Shown: positions 32,675-46,249 of the stretch, in pieces
How the letters are laid out: every line of letters starts with the position of its first letter
Position numbering within the stretch: the stretch's first letter is position 1
Origin: Octopus vulgaris
Taxonomy: Eukaryota
Length of the DNA: 64,000 nucleotides
Reading direction: 5' to 3'
NCBI GenBank assembly: GCA_951406725.2
Contig: OX597823.1
Span: 13,702,001-13,766,000 of the forward strand
Made by a program: the position numbers and the translations under genes
The notes under the pieces: model-generated
Database searches by the model: none
Told to the model about the DNA's origin: nothing
Seen by the model: the letters and a program-made list of their open reading frames with translations, nothing else

Positions 32675-32823
32675 TTGTTGTATTTAGGAATGGTCATTTT
32701 GCCAGTTTAGCCAATAAAAACACACGCACTATATATTTGGTGTTACTTTGCTTCAGTGTTATTTATTTTTTACATTAATCTTGGCTAAACTGGCAAAATG
32801 ACCATTCCTAAATACAACAATAT
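32672..32823. repeat. Perfect 43-bp inverted repeat with 66-bp spacer
   Basis: atattgttgtatttaggaatggtcattttgccagtttagccaa (32672-32714) and its exact reverse complement (32781-32823). Confidence 0.95.
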
Positions 32824-33646
32824 CTGTTTCAACACACGACTTCACATAAAAAATCTTGCACAACAAATATTTAAACGTATATATATATATATACACAAGA
32901 ACATACTCTCGGGTACATCTGTATGCGAATGTGACCGTGTGTGCGTCTGTGTTCACGAGGGACATTTTACATATAGGTATGTTGAATGAAAACATCTTTA
33001 GCTATTTAGTCCCAGTTACCTCTCTTAAGGCTAAGATGGACTTCGCGCTTTGATACATGGAGCTCGACAAAATATGTGCCAACCGACGTACAAAACTCGT
33101 CGCTACAAATTGCGCTAAATGCTGTAAATCAGTTGCGCTAATATGGCCGCCGAAACCAATAAAAGAGTATACTGCAAATGTGCTACTACAGTCATTTCTA
33201 TGTCACACCGTCAATATAATGATAAAGATACACTAATGATATAATGTAATGATAACGGTACATCACTAATGATATAAAGTATAACTTCTCTAAAGTAAGA
33301 TGAATGAGGTAACGTATTTAATTAACAATCAAAGTGAGGTTTCGCGGTCTATTTCACACTATCGATCATAGTTCTTAAAGATGCTATCGTCTGTCAACGA
33401 TACAAATTATTGATCACTTGTAATGAAGTCATGATTTAAAAAAAAAAAACAAATGAATACGTGTCAAGCGCTCATGCTAAAGTTTCACTAACTGCACCAT
33501 ATTGGTCTAATACCGTTTCGTGGAAGAGCTTAGTAATTCATTCATAGTTCATTTTATTTCTCAAAGTGAACAAATAATCGAAGTAGGGTACCTTGCCGAC
33601 GTCAGCTATAGGTGTATATTTTGTATAATATTCATATATGCAAAAT

Positions 33647-34095
33647 GCGATGAGCTGGCAGAAACGTTAGCACGCCGGGTGAAATGCGTAGCCGTATTTC
33701 GTCTGCCGTTACGTTCTGAGTTCAAATTCCGCCGAGGTCGACTTTTCCTTTCATTCTTTCGGTGTCGATTAAATAAGTACCAGTTACACACCGGGGTCGA
33801 TGTAATCAACCTAATACCGTTTCTGTCCTAGTTTGTCCCCCCTATGTTAAGCCCCTTGTGAGCAATAAAGAAATAAGAATCGTTAGCACGCCGGGCAAAA
33901 TACTTAGCAGTATTTCGTCTGCCGTTACGTTCTGACTTCAAATTGCGCCGAGGTCGACTTTTCCTTTCATTCTTTCGGTGTCGATTAAAAGAGTACCAGT
34001 TACGCGTTGGGGTCGATGTAATCGACTTAATCCCTTTGTCTGTCCTTGTTTGTTGCCTCTAAGTTTAGCCCCCTGTGGGCAATAAAGAAAGAAAT
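33647..34095 (+). mobile_element. SINE family B tandem dimer
   Basis: Two units each ending caataaagaaa. Confidence 0.87.
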
Positions 34096-34322
34096 ATTTA
34101 TATATGGAGTATAACCTGTTTCACTGCGCTAAGTAACTGGTTAACCCTTTTGTTAATGACCCTGAAACTACACCTGTCTCAATCATACAATATTACAGGT
34201 TTAAAAGGACTTAAATTAAAACATCTCATCAAATGTTCCTGCTAATTCATGTCCCAGCCACTGGATAAATAATGACAGATCTTTTACTACATTCTTCATA
34301 ATTTTTATATTCCTGTTTAATT

Positions 34323-34722
34323 AGGGCGGCGAGCTGGCAGAAACGTTAGCACGCCGGGCAAAATGCGTAGCCGTATTTCGTCTGCCGTTATGTTCTGAGT
34401 TCAAGTTCCGCCGAGGTCGACTTTGCCTATCATCCTTTTGGGGTCGATAAATTAAGTACCAGTTACCCACTGGTGTCGATGTAATCGACTTAATCCGTTT
34501 GTCTGTCCTTTTTTGTCCCCTTTGTGTTTAGCCCCTTGTGGGTAGTAAAGAAATAGCTATTTCGCCTGTCTTTACGTTCTGAATTCAAATTCTGCCATGG
34601 TCGACTTTGCCTTTTATCCTTTCGGGGGTTGATAAACTAAGTACCAGTTACGTACTGGGGTCGATCTAATCGATTGGCCCCCTCCCCAAAAATTTGGGGT
34701 CTTGTGCCAAGAGTAGAAAATA
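34323..34722 (+). mobile_element. SINE family B dimeric form
   Basis: Same architecture as 13267-13664. Confidence 0.88.
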
Positions 34723-34751
34723 ATTTTTATATTTAATTAGGGCGGCGAGCT

Positions 34752-35119
34752 CGGGTTTGTAAGGGAAATAACTATATAAGCATTTTTAGTGAGTTATAGC
34801 CAAAAAATAGCAAAAAAATGCATTAAAATGGAAAAAAATTATGGTAAATTTTTTTAAATCGTTGACTCATCGTAGACATTTTTAGAGAGTTACTTCCCTT
34901 ATATAATAGCGAAAAAATGCATTAAAATGGAAAAAAATGATGGTAAATTTTTTTAAAATCGTAGACTCATCGTAGACTCGCGCTAATACCCAAAAGGGCT
35001 CGATATGAATCACGACTATAAGATACCCGGTTTTGGTTAAACTGCACCGCAAAATGTGGGAGTAGTTAGGAATCTAAATCATAGGAGACACACACACAAC
35101 TTCACTTTTATATATAAAG
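34752..35119 (-). mobile_element. Non-autonomous Helitron-like element (Lep1-like organisation), 3' truncated, with internal tandem duplication
   Basis: Minus 5' end TC-tttatatataaaag followed by short (TG)n; internal ~110-bp duplication (atgcattaaaatgg...tcatcgtagac). Confidence 0.55.
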
Positions 35120-35122
35120 ATT

Positions 35123-35337
35123 AGGGCGGCGAGCTGGCAGAATCGCTAGTACGCTGAAGGAAATGCGTAGCGGAATTTCTACTGTCGCTACGTTTTGAGT
35201 TCAAATTCCGCCGAGTTCGACTTTGCCTTTCATCCTTTCGGGGTCTGTAAAATAAGTACCAGTGAAACACTGGGGTCGTGTAATCGACTTGTCCCCTCCC
35301 CCAAAATTTCAGACCTTGTGCCTAGAGTAGATAGGAT
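35123..35337 (+). mobile_element. SINE family B monomer
   Basis: Head, central domain and cttgtgcctagagtag end. Confidence 0.87.
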
Positions 35338-35892
35338 TGTTTTTATATTTAATTGAAACAAAGTCAGTATTCTTCAACTGACATATGTTAAATAAAAACT
35401 TAAATATTTTGTAAACAAATAACAGAAAAATATATTAAGTACGTCATCTGGAAGAGAGAGATTTGCAAATTATTCTGTATGTAATCGATAAAATATTGGT
35501 TCAAAAGCGATGAATTATCAGGAAATTTTGACGAAAGGTCCAAGCCACATATGCAAGCTTGTTTTTCATTCCTGTAAAAATTGCTTCCTGTTATCGGTTT
35601 AGAACTAGGTCTAAAAATATAGGATTCCAGGAAACTAAGGGGTCCCACCCACAACTGCAATGCTATCATTTAATTTTTTTTTGTGTGTGTGTGTAAAAAG
35701 TATTCTTTTCAGCTGAAATAATTAATGCATTCTTCCAGGAGTGAACAAAAAATGCCCAAACTTGAGGGTATGGGCCCCTTAGATACTAACATGAGTCCCC
35801 ATATATAGATACTAATGACCCAGGGCCCATTTTCCATCGACCAAGCCGGCAACCATATTGGAATTCCTTCTGGATCTGTATATTTTAAGCTC

Positions 35893-36066
35893 GTGGAGGC
35901 GCAGTGGTTAGGGCAGCGGACTCGCGGTCGTAGGATCGCGGTTTCGTTAAGGGTGCACGTGTCTGTGGAGTGCTCAGCCACTTACATGTTAATTTCACGA
36001 GCAGGCTGTTCCGTTGATCGGATCAACCGGAACCCTCGTCGTCGTAACCGACGGAGTGCTGCCCCT
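35893..36066 (+). mobile_element. Internally deleted SINE family A (tail A)
   Basis: Head joined directly to tail; TSD tattttaagctc. Confidence 0.88.
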
Positions 36067-36397
36067 TATTTTAAGCTCAACTACTGCGGAAATAAACTCT
36101 GCATTTTTTATTCCTTAGGGTCATTAGAATAAAGTACCAGTCATTTCATAAGGTCGATGTCATCAACTACACTCTCCCCCCTTCGTTTGTTGGCTTTATA
36201 CCAAACTTAGAAAGAATTATATCTAATATCACTTTCTTTATCTGTTTCTCTATATATATATATGTATGAGTGTGTGTAAGTATGCATGTATGTATATGCA
36301 CTTGTAATTGTATATATGCGTGTATGTAAGTGTTAACGTATGTTTACGTTTATATATCTAAATATATATATATATAACAGATACATACCTGTACATG

Positions 36398-36455
<58 letters not shown>

Positions 36456-36576
36456 TAAGTATAATATAATATACTTATACACTTATCTATGTGTCTGTCT
36501 ATGTGTGCATATATATATATACACACATATATTTACGTGTATATATATATATATAAACACATACATATATATGAAG

Positions 36577-36607
<31 letters not shown>

Positions 36608-38099
36608 TATGTATGTATATGTATGTATGTATATGTAGCTTGAAAGACCCCGTTATGATGTGTAGTGGGCTAATCACCCATTGATGTGGCTATAATAAGT
36701 CAAGTAATTGACTCTGTTTATCGCACTTTTTGTGAGATAAACCAATATTGATTGTTTGATTGATAGATAAAAAAAAGTGAACAAAAAGTAAAATAAAAGC
36801 GTAAAGAACAACAAAATTATTCAAAAATGGTTAATGTGATGTCTGAGAGGCAGTTATTGCGAAAATTGATGACAGGATTTATCTGAGATTTCTCTGTTTA
36901 GGTGATTTTCGCGTATCATTTAATTTTATTGTTCTTTTATCTCTTATCGGTTTTTAATTACACATTTTAACCTGTTAGTCACGACAGTAAATCGAGGTTT
37001 CGTTTCTATGAGCTGGTTGCAGTCATTGTTAGAAAGCTTAATTTGATTTTAGTTTTCAATCTCGATCTTATAAATCCAAACATGATATTAAGAGACGAGT
37101 CGGTCAGGTCAACGAAATAGCCTTTATATTATAGTTAGATTATCGCTAGATTATCGCAAGCAATAATAACCAACCTGCCATTAAATCACACCCCTACCGG
37201 CTTAAATTTAGAAAGGGCACTTCGAATTATGTAGTCGTAGATACACTGTGAATTTAAAAAAAGTAAACACGGACGAGAATGATGAAAGAGGCCGGAAAGT
37301 CTTTGATCATAAATGTTCTCAGTCATGAGTGACTTCAAGTTAAACAACATGGAGAAAAACAACAACATACATACACAGACACCTAGACATACAGTGTCGG
37401 ACTAAAAGTAATGAACATAATCTTTATTGGATTCGGAGCTGATCTGGAGCTACAAAAGATGGTGGAAAAGATTTTCATTGGATATCAACCTACCTTTGTC
37501 TTTTGTCCCTTCATGCTTTTGAGGACATTGAATATATTGTAACTCTCAGAATTTGACCACAGATGAACAGTAACCCATATAAGAAGACTTTATAAAAGCA
37601 GGTAACACTTGTTCACAACAAGTATTATTTGAATATCATGGCGTATCAATTAGACAGCACATACTAAACTACATCGCTCAATCAAAAACATTTCAGAAAA
37701 GAGAGAAGAGCGTCTTACCTCAATGTGTCTAATTTCCGCAGCGAGTCTTTTATATAAATATTAATCACCCCCGTACTTGACTAGTTGATCCCTTAATCCA
37801 ATATGGAAGGTTAAAAGGTAGGATTTGAGTACAGAGTGTAAAGGGATACACAGTCCTACAATATTTTGTCCGGCTTTCTAATGATTTTTATTCATTCGAT
37901 CTTCTGTAGCAAAGAGAATGAGGACGTTTGAAACCTTCGTTTACTCTCTCTGATATGAATTCAACCGGGGAGAAATTAATGGTTCTCTACGTCAACAGAT
38001 TTCGTCTTTGGTTCAAGAATAAGACAAGGCTGATTACGACGTTGATAAATAGCAATAATTGTAAGTTAGGACGTATATGTATTTCTCAAACTGTCAAAA

Positions 38100-38510
38100 G
38101 AGGGTATCATATGCCTCGTCTATAAAAGAGGAAGCAGAGCAGATGCTAGAAATTACAGGCCTATATCTCTGACTTCACACGTTAGCAAGGTCCTGGAACG
38201 CATTTTCAGAAGATGACTGATCACGTTCCTTGAAAAGAATAACTTCCTCACAAACATATAACATGGCTTTCGCTCAAGGACGAGCTGCCTCACACAGCGG
38301 CTACATTACGTATGGGTAACGAAACTTCAGGTCAATCACTCAAACGTGGATGCGATATATCTCGACTTAGGCAAATCCTTTGACAAAGCTGATCAGGGAA
38401 TAATATGTCACAAACTACACTACCTTGGTACCACTGAAAAACTGCCTGAGTGGCTACACGACTTTTTAAAGGACGGAAGTCAGGCAATTTCAGCCAATGT
38501 TGCTGCTGTT

Positions 38511-38584
<74 letters not shown>

Positions 38585-39197
38585 AAGACATCAATCCGCA
38601 GCAGAGTTCCTCAAGGAACTGTACTAGCCACTCTCACCAACTACGCTCACGAGAGAAAAGTATGTCAGGGGTTCAAGGACCCTGATGACATACTAAAACT
38701 GCAAAATAACCTGCAACATATAAATGGGCTGATGAAAATGACATTCAGTTCAATTCTGATAAGTTTCAAGCATTCCGCTGTCGGCCCACGAAAAGACTAC
38801 AATTGAAATACATAGGACCAGGGGGCAGTGCAATCCGAGATTTAGAATCGGTGCAACAACCTGGGAATCCACATGAGTAGTGATGCAACATTCCATGTGC
38901 TCATTACCAGGAAGGCAACAATGAGCGAGTAGTTTGGGGGATTCTTAGATCATTCAGAACCAGAAATAAGGATATCTTGCTACTCCTATGGAGTACATTT
39001 GTCCTCAGTTGTCTGGATTACTGCTCCCAACGGTGGTCGCTGCAGAGCGTCAAATTGATGGCGGAACTTGAGGCAATCCGACGCTACTACACAAAGAACA
39101 CTGATTCAGTGAAACAGATGAGCTACTAAAAGCGGCTACAAGAAATGAAGCTCTACTCCCTAGAGAAGAGGCGAGAAAGGTATGCAGTGATACATAC
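38100..39197 (+). mobile_element. Decayed CR1-like LINE RT fragment with (CT)n expansion
   Basis: NYRPISLTSHVSKVLERI, HGFRS..SCLTQ, DAIYLDLGKSFDK, VPQGTVL, LDYCSQ.W, KLYSLEKRRERY. Confidence 0.9.
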
Positions 39198-39217
39198 ATA
39201 ATTTTTCCTCTCACACC

Positions 39218-39272
39218 GTCTCCGATGAAGGGATATTATTATTAATTAATATTCTAGAAACAGCTGTAAGAC
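39218..39272 (+). ncRNA. Minimal type I hammerhead motif
   Basis: gtct-CCGATGA-a-gggatatta/taatattct-a-GAAAC-agct-GTA-agac; perfect stem I, core variant U4->C. Confidence 0.72.
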
Positions 39273-39466
39273 CTTCTATTTATAAATGCTCTAATATCTA
39301 TACAGCCTTGACTTTTTATCTCATTACGCAAAAATTTATATATATATATATAAATTATATATTATATATATATACATATATATATATATGTACATATATG
39401 TATGTATATATATATATACATATACACACATACACACACATACACACTTACACACACACACACACT

Positions 39467-39508
<42 letters not shown>

Positions 39509-39959
39509 CATATATACACATGCATATATATACATATACATATGTACATATATGTATGTATATACATATATACGTATATGCATACACACACACTTACACA
39601 CACACACGCGCGCACATACAGACACACGGGGACAATTTTGTATCTGAAATCCGAGATGAGTCCAAATCACGGCAAGGAGGCACAAAGAAGACCAGCTTTA
39701 TTCAATTCTCTTCACCAAAAACAGTACCGAAATGAAACCCTCCAAAACACTGAAAAGCACTGCTCTAGCCACCAGCAGAAAAAGAATATTTCAAGCGCTA
39801 CTTTTCCAGCGATTACGGTCGCTGTCAACATGTAGGTATACAATTATATACTTTTGACTGTAGAATTAGAGCGTTTACCTCTTATTTCTATGACGGTTAT
39901 AATTTTCCTGCCTGCATTTATTATATATGATCGACCACTAACCACTAAAGCATTTTTTA

Positions 39960-40118
39960 TTCTCTCTCTGTTTATTTTCTTGTATTCTTTTCTGTTTAAG
40001 GGCGTAGGCTCGAAATGTAAAAGACCTTCTCACCTTCCCGAGCGTCAAACCAATACACCTGTTTGTTGTTTATACACCAGTCTTCGTCTTTTGCTTTTTT
40101 ATTTTTTTTGTTAATTCC

Positions 40119-40120
<2 letters not shown>
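39960..40120 (+). mobile_element. Penelope-type short element with degraded hammerhead (family of 285-420)
   Basis: ctgtttaa-gggc-gtag-gctc-gaaat-gta-aaag; ends at (TA)n. Confidence 0.55.
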
Positions 40121-40155
<35 letters not shown>

Positions 40156-40624
40156 TAAAAGATTTATGTGCATGTGTGCTTGTCTGTTTATGTGTGTGTG
40201 AGTGTGTGTGTGTGTGTGTGTTTGTGTGTGTGTGTATGTGTGTGCGTTTGCTCATATCTGTGACTGTGTGTGTACTCACATTCTATAATACTAGCACTAT
40301 TAATGATATTCAGGCGTATCCACTTTTATATATACAATATGTTTGTGAAAAGAAAAGAAATATCAGAAAGATAGTTTCAAACCATTACTGGAATACACTT
40401 TGAAACCAAACACTGCAGGATGGCAAAGAAATTCTCTTCGCAGTTATGATATTTCAGGTCCTTTGAGTGTATCCGTGTGGGCAGAAACTTTAGAAATACG
40501 CCGAATAGATAGAGTGGGGGCAAAGTAAGAAAAAATCTGACAGAAGACAAGGCAAGTAAATGAATTCTAATTTGTTGTCCAGATTTTGGTAGCATTTCAC
40601 ACATATTCCAGCAATATCTCTCTA

Positions 40625-40900
40625 GCCCTTTTCAATCCTAGCCAGGCTCATGGGCCCGGTTTCCCTGTTTCTAGGGCGTATGTGTTACCCCCAGCTGGAC
40701 GGGACACCAGTCCATCGCAGCTTTACTCAAGAAACAGGAAGAAAGAGTGAGAGAAAGTTGGGGCGAAAGATTACAACAGGGGTTGCCACCACCCCCTGCC
40801 GGAGCCTCGTGGAGCTTTAGTTGTTTTCGCTCAAACAACACACAACGCCCGGTCTGGGAATCGAAACCACAATCCTCAGACCAACCACGAGCCCGCATTC
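40625..40900 (-). mobile_element. SINE family A head with tail type C
   Basis: gcgatggactggtgtcccgtccag...gaaacagggaaaccgggccc. Confidence 0.78.
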
Positions 40901-41390
40901 CAGCAATATACTTTATCAATAATGTAGAATTTCCTCCACACGTTTTTACGCTTTGAGTTTCATTGACACCCTCATTTGGCAACCACGTAAACAGTTAAAT
41001 AGCTTCTCTCCAGATTTTATTTAAGTGGATCTTTTGTGTTACTCTCACAGGTTTCTATATTGCATATATGGAAATTTTAATTAAAATACATTTAAATATT
41101 CTAAAATTAAGTGACGTTCATTTTCGTGGGTCTTATTAATACAATCAATAATTGCATGATGCTAATTAAATGTTCGTGCTTAAACTTACATCATTTAAAA
41201 TAGTTTATTCAGTTGAAAAGAATATTTTTTACAAAATAAAAGGAATAGCAAAGGAGAAAGAGAAAAAAAAGCATCAATGCAGCATTATGTAACTCAATTA
41301 GTCGCATACCACAAGGTTGAACGGAACCTACTGAAGTAAGCCAACACACTCGCGGCCTTACCAGGAGCGATGGCGAGGCTAAGGCGTTGG

Positions 41391-42097
41391 AAAAGTCAAG
41401 CACCTTCACGAGAATCACCTGATACCTCAGTGAGGCTGCCAACTTTAACGTTAGTTGCCCAGTCCCTCCAAACGTCTCAAAAGTCAAGTACCTTCACGAG
41501 AATCACCTGATACCTCAGTGAGGCTGCCAACTTTAACGTTAGTTGCCCAGTCCCTCCAAACGTCTCAAAAGTCAAGTACCTTCACGAGAATCACCTGATA
41601 CCTCAGTGAGGCTGCCAACTTTACCGTTAGTTGCCCAGTCCCTCCAAACGTCTCAAAAGTCAAGTACCTTCACGAGAATCACCTGATACCTCAGTGAGGC
41701 TGCCAACTTTAACGTTAGTTGCCCAGTCCCTCCAAACGTCTCAAAAGTCAAGCACCTTCACGAGAATCACCTGATACCTCAGTGAGGCTGCCAACTTTAA
41801 CGTTAGTTGCCCAGTCCCTCCAAACGTCTCAAAAGTCAAGTACCTTCACGAGAATCACCTGATACCTCAGTGAGGCTGCCAACTTTAACGTTAGTTGCCC
41901 AGTCCCTCCAAACGTCTCAAAAGTCAAGCACCTTCACGAGAATCACCTGATACCTCAGTGAGGCTGCCAACTTTACCGTTAGTTGCCCAGTCCCTCCAAA
42001 CGTCTCAAAAGTCAAGCACCTTCACGAGAATCACCTGATACCTCAGTGAGGCTGCCAACTTTACCGTTAGTTGTCCAGTCCCTCCAAACGTCTCAAA
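41391..42097. repeat. Minisatellite: 8 tandem copies of an 88-bp unit
   Basis: (c/t)accttcacg recurs at 41401, 41489, 41577, 41665, 41753, 41841, 41929, 42017; only about 3 variable sites. Confidence 0.97.
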
Positions 42098-43057
42098 TGC
42101 CACAGGCAGGAAGAGATAGTTCACTGCCAGCTCCTGGTACTTCAGGGTTCGCCGAATAGGTTATACTTGGAATTCAAATGCCCAGACGTGTTACATTGTG
42201 ACACAATGATTCCGCCTGAGTATTGTTGTTACACATACTTATGTAACATTCACCCAGTTTCACGCTAATTCAATCAGCCAAATGTTTTATTTGATCCAAC
42301 TACTGAACACTCATAATCGACAATAAAATAGACAAACGCTTTACTTCAGAGTTGTAAATTAATTTTGACAGCAAGTTTATAATACAATTTTCGTCGCACT
42401 TTTACCAATCTTTTTCTTGTAGTTATTACTGACATATAACTTGAAATAAAAACCCTGAGTAAGGAAATGCAACTGTTATTAAAGAGAATTATGTTACATA
42501 ACACTTTTTCGTTAAAATCCATTAATTATTTAAATTCCATACTTAGAAAAAAAGTTATCTCCCCTGAAACAATTAACGAACGAACGTTACAAGATCGTTG
42601 TAAAAGATATCTTTGCGGTACAGACACAATATACGCATGATATTGATTTAAAATATGCTTGAACTTCTTTCATTAATTGCAAATATCTTCATTTTAAAGC
42701 TAAGAAAACTCATCGTTTCTTGATATAATTTGTCACGATGTTTTCTTCAATAATATTCATTACGTTACCTTAATGTATTTGAAAATTTCTAGAATTAATT
42801 ACTAATGTTAACTTCATTTACAAAACCATTAGCGAAACGCCATTAGCAACAAACACATCAGTTTAGTTCAACCATCAAATAATTAGAGAAATTATTCTAA
42901 TTTGTTTTTGGCAATAAATTGCTAATATAACCTGATGCAACAATATCGTTGATTTGGCAGCAGTAATAAAGCACCGACCTAACTGTTTTATATTATTTAG
43001 TTTAAATTCCTCAACGTTCTGAATTCAAATTCCCGTATGGTTAGTCGAAGACCCTGT

Positions 43058-43444
43058 TGGAAGCACTCCGTCGGTTACGACGACGAGGGTTCCGGTTGAT
43101 CCGAATCAATGGAACAGCCTGCTCGTGAAATTAACGTGTAAGTGGCTGAGCACTCCACAGACACGTGTACCCTTAACGCAGTTCTCTGGGATATTCAGCG
43201 TGACACAGAAAGTGACAAGGCCGGCCCTTTGAAATACAGGTACAACAGAAACAGGAAGTAAGAGTGAGAGAAAGCTGTGGTGAAAGAGCACAGCAGGGAT
43301 CGCCACCACTCCCTGCCGTAGCCTCGTGGAGCTTTTTAGGTGTTTTCGCTCAATAAACACTCACAACGCCCGGTCTGGGAATCGAAATCGCGATCCTACG
43401 ACCGCGAGTCCGCTGCCCTAACCACTGGGCCATTGCGCCTCTAC
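43058..43444 (-). mobile_element. SINE family A (tail A)
   Basis: TSD aagaccctgt. Confidence 0.92.
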
Positions 43445-43986
43445 AAGACCCTGTACAATGTTGAGAAAAGCACCACAAGGTGAAGATACATATAGAAGGG
43501 AGATCATCGTTATAGTTGCCTATTTACCATTCTGTTCCTTCAGATTTTTACCCAGTTAGGAAGAAAATTTTGTTAAGATCGACGCTTTCTTTTTCCTTTT
43601 AGTTTGTTTGTCAAAATGTAGGTTTCGAATTTCAGAACCAGATTAGTTGACACAGGACACCCATCCAAATTTCCAACTATCCTCTCAATCTACCGATAAT
43701 CTACCGAATTGGTGCACATTTATCGGCTCGAAAGGATTAAAAGCCGAGTTGACTTCGATTGGATTTCAACTCTGAATAAGGGTAGCCGGAACAATTCGTC
43801 GCTCAAATGATTCTGCCAATTAGTGGTGTTGCTACTTTATATTTAAACATCCCAGACAGTATCCAAAGAAATACGGGAGCGGCCTGAAAACTTCAGAAGA
43901 TGTGAAATCTTGCATGCATTAATTTCACCTGCATTGTTTCTTTCCAGGTAAACTGACATATGATCATCATCATGATCATCATCATG

Positions 43987-44048
<62 letters not shown>

Positions 44049-44050
<2 letters not shown>

Positions 44051-44218
44051 TTCTATGTTTGACTTTTGCTTTATGTCTGTACAAGTTGGCTCCAAGTCTC
44101 ACCCAGAGACCTCAAGAGACAACAGGTTGGAAGTTCACGTTGTTGTTATGCCTAGTGTGCCATATATTTGGGGGTTGGTGTTGTGCTAGTGAATGTCTAA
44201 TACATAAAATAAAAAAAA

Positions 44219-44220
<2 letters not shown>
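44049..44220 (-). mobile_element. Probable R4/Dong-type 3' UTR fragment inside (TTA)n
   Basis: Non-repetitive ~170 bp bounded by (TTA)n arrays on both sides; family assignment is inference. Confidence 0.5.
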
Positions 44221-44269
<49 letters not shown>

Positions 44270-44528
44270 CCTCCCTACCTGCTCTATATCTCATGTTACA
44301 CTTGGTGACACCACACTACTCTTTACTCCCCTTTTCTCCATCAGCCTACTTACTACATTCTGACGCTCTTCTGCTTCCCATAGTTTTTGTCCCTTTCTGC
44401 TGCCGATATTAACGTACAGACGTTCAAGACACTCATTAATTTCAACAGTCTGGGGAGGTATTGTGACGATTATGGGTACTGTTTTAACTAAATGACAAAA
44501 CGATTGAATGTATGTTGATATGATAACA

Positions 44529-44923
44529 GTGGAGGCGCAATGGCCCAGTGGTTAGGGCAGCGGACTCGCGGTCATAGGATCGCGGTTTCGATTCCCAGAC
44601 CGGGCGTTGTGAGTGTTTATTGAGCGAAAACACCTAAAAGCTCCACGAGGCTCCGGCAGGGGATGATGGTGATCCCTGCTGTACTCTTTCACCACAACTT
44701 CCTCTCACTCTTACTTCCTGTTTCTGTTGTACCTGTATTTCAAAGGGCCGGCCTTGTCACTCTCTGTGTCACGCTGAATATCCCCGAGAACTACGTTAAG
44801 TGTGCACGTGTCTGTGGAGCGCTCAGCCACTTACACGTTAATTTCACGAGCAGGCTGTTCCGTTGATTCGGATCAACCGGAACCCTCATCGTCGTAACCG
44901 ACGGAGTGCTTCCACTTCCACAC
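44529..44923 (+). mobile_element. SINE family A (tail A)
   Basis: TSD atgataaca. Confidence 0.92.
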
Positions 44924-46249
44924 ATGATAACAAGATCCCGTTGAGCAGCAGAAACTGTAACAACGTAAGGCAGTAAATGCTTTGTGATAGTTATATCATA
45001 TCCTTCTATGTTATGAATCGAATCGCAGCAGAGCCAACTCTTTCACTCAGAGCTTTCAACATTTATAGACTATGTACCAGTTATAGAACGAATGTATAAA
45101 CATTGTTTCCCGTAGATGTGTTGCTATTTTTGTCAAAACTTCAAATCAATACCATACTGAAATTGATTGGATCGACTATACATCATCTAATTTTTTTTAA
45201 AAAGTTATTGTGCCTAGCCAAAAGAGATCAATATGAAGTAAGTTATTAACAATTTCCCATTTGTTTCATAGAAATCATCATAGATTTGTTAGATTCCTGA
45301 GATATTTCCAATATTCAAAGATTTAGATTTAGATATACGTACACATTTCTGCTTTATGTAACGTGAGTAGAAATTAAATTATACCAACATACATAATCAA
45401 TAACAAGTTTAATTGCATCGATCTATCGGTAATTCCCTGTCCACGACTCCTTCACCAGTGTCTGTCAATTCACTTAGGCTACGTACGTCGCTCGCATAAA
45501 TTGTTATAACAAGCGAGACACGTGTAAAATCCACGTTCTATGTTTTTTTCTTATTCTTATTTTAATGCATAAATTTGCATCTTCACAATACTGTTGTATT
45601 ATATCGAAGATTTTTATGATAATAAGCTGCATAAAACGAAATGGTTATTGAAAAATTAGGATTGTGATGATAACTCATAGTATTATTAATACGACAGTAA
45701 ATATTAATCAAGATTCAGTATGTGTAAATTTCGGGACCTCATTGTATAAAATGTTTAATTAAGAATCTTTCTGAACGGAAGTTTCTCCTTGTTTCTTGCA
45801 TAACTTTGAGTTCAATATCCGGAATTTTCGAACTTAAGAGAAAACAGAATATAAATGACTATGGCTGTACATTGGATGCAGAAAATTCAGGATATTATCA
45901 AAAATCTGACCATGTGTATTATTTCATAAAACATGATAGACGAAAGAGAAAGTAAATCCTCTCCATATTAAATGTTATGTTTGTCTGTACTATTCTAATA
46001 CTAAAATTATCATTCAGTTAAAAATACTACATTTTATTGAAGCTTCAACATTGTTTTGATGAAGTTTGAGGATAGAATTCGATCTTTACTTTGAACATGC
46101 TTTCATAAACGCTTAATTTGTCACCTTTTTATAGTATATCTTACGTTTTTCTATAGCTTCTCTGTAACACCTCCCATATATTTGTACTTCTCCTATTTGA
46201 TGTATATCGTGTATTTTTGTACTCTTTGGGTCCTTATTAGTAACAAAGA

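Noticed and set aside
41391-42097. CRISPR-like array or tandem ribozyme satellite
   Set aside because: Units are contiguous with no unique spacers and the context is eukaryotic; no CUGANGA/GAAA core on either strand.
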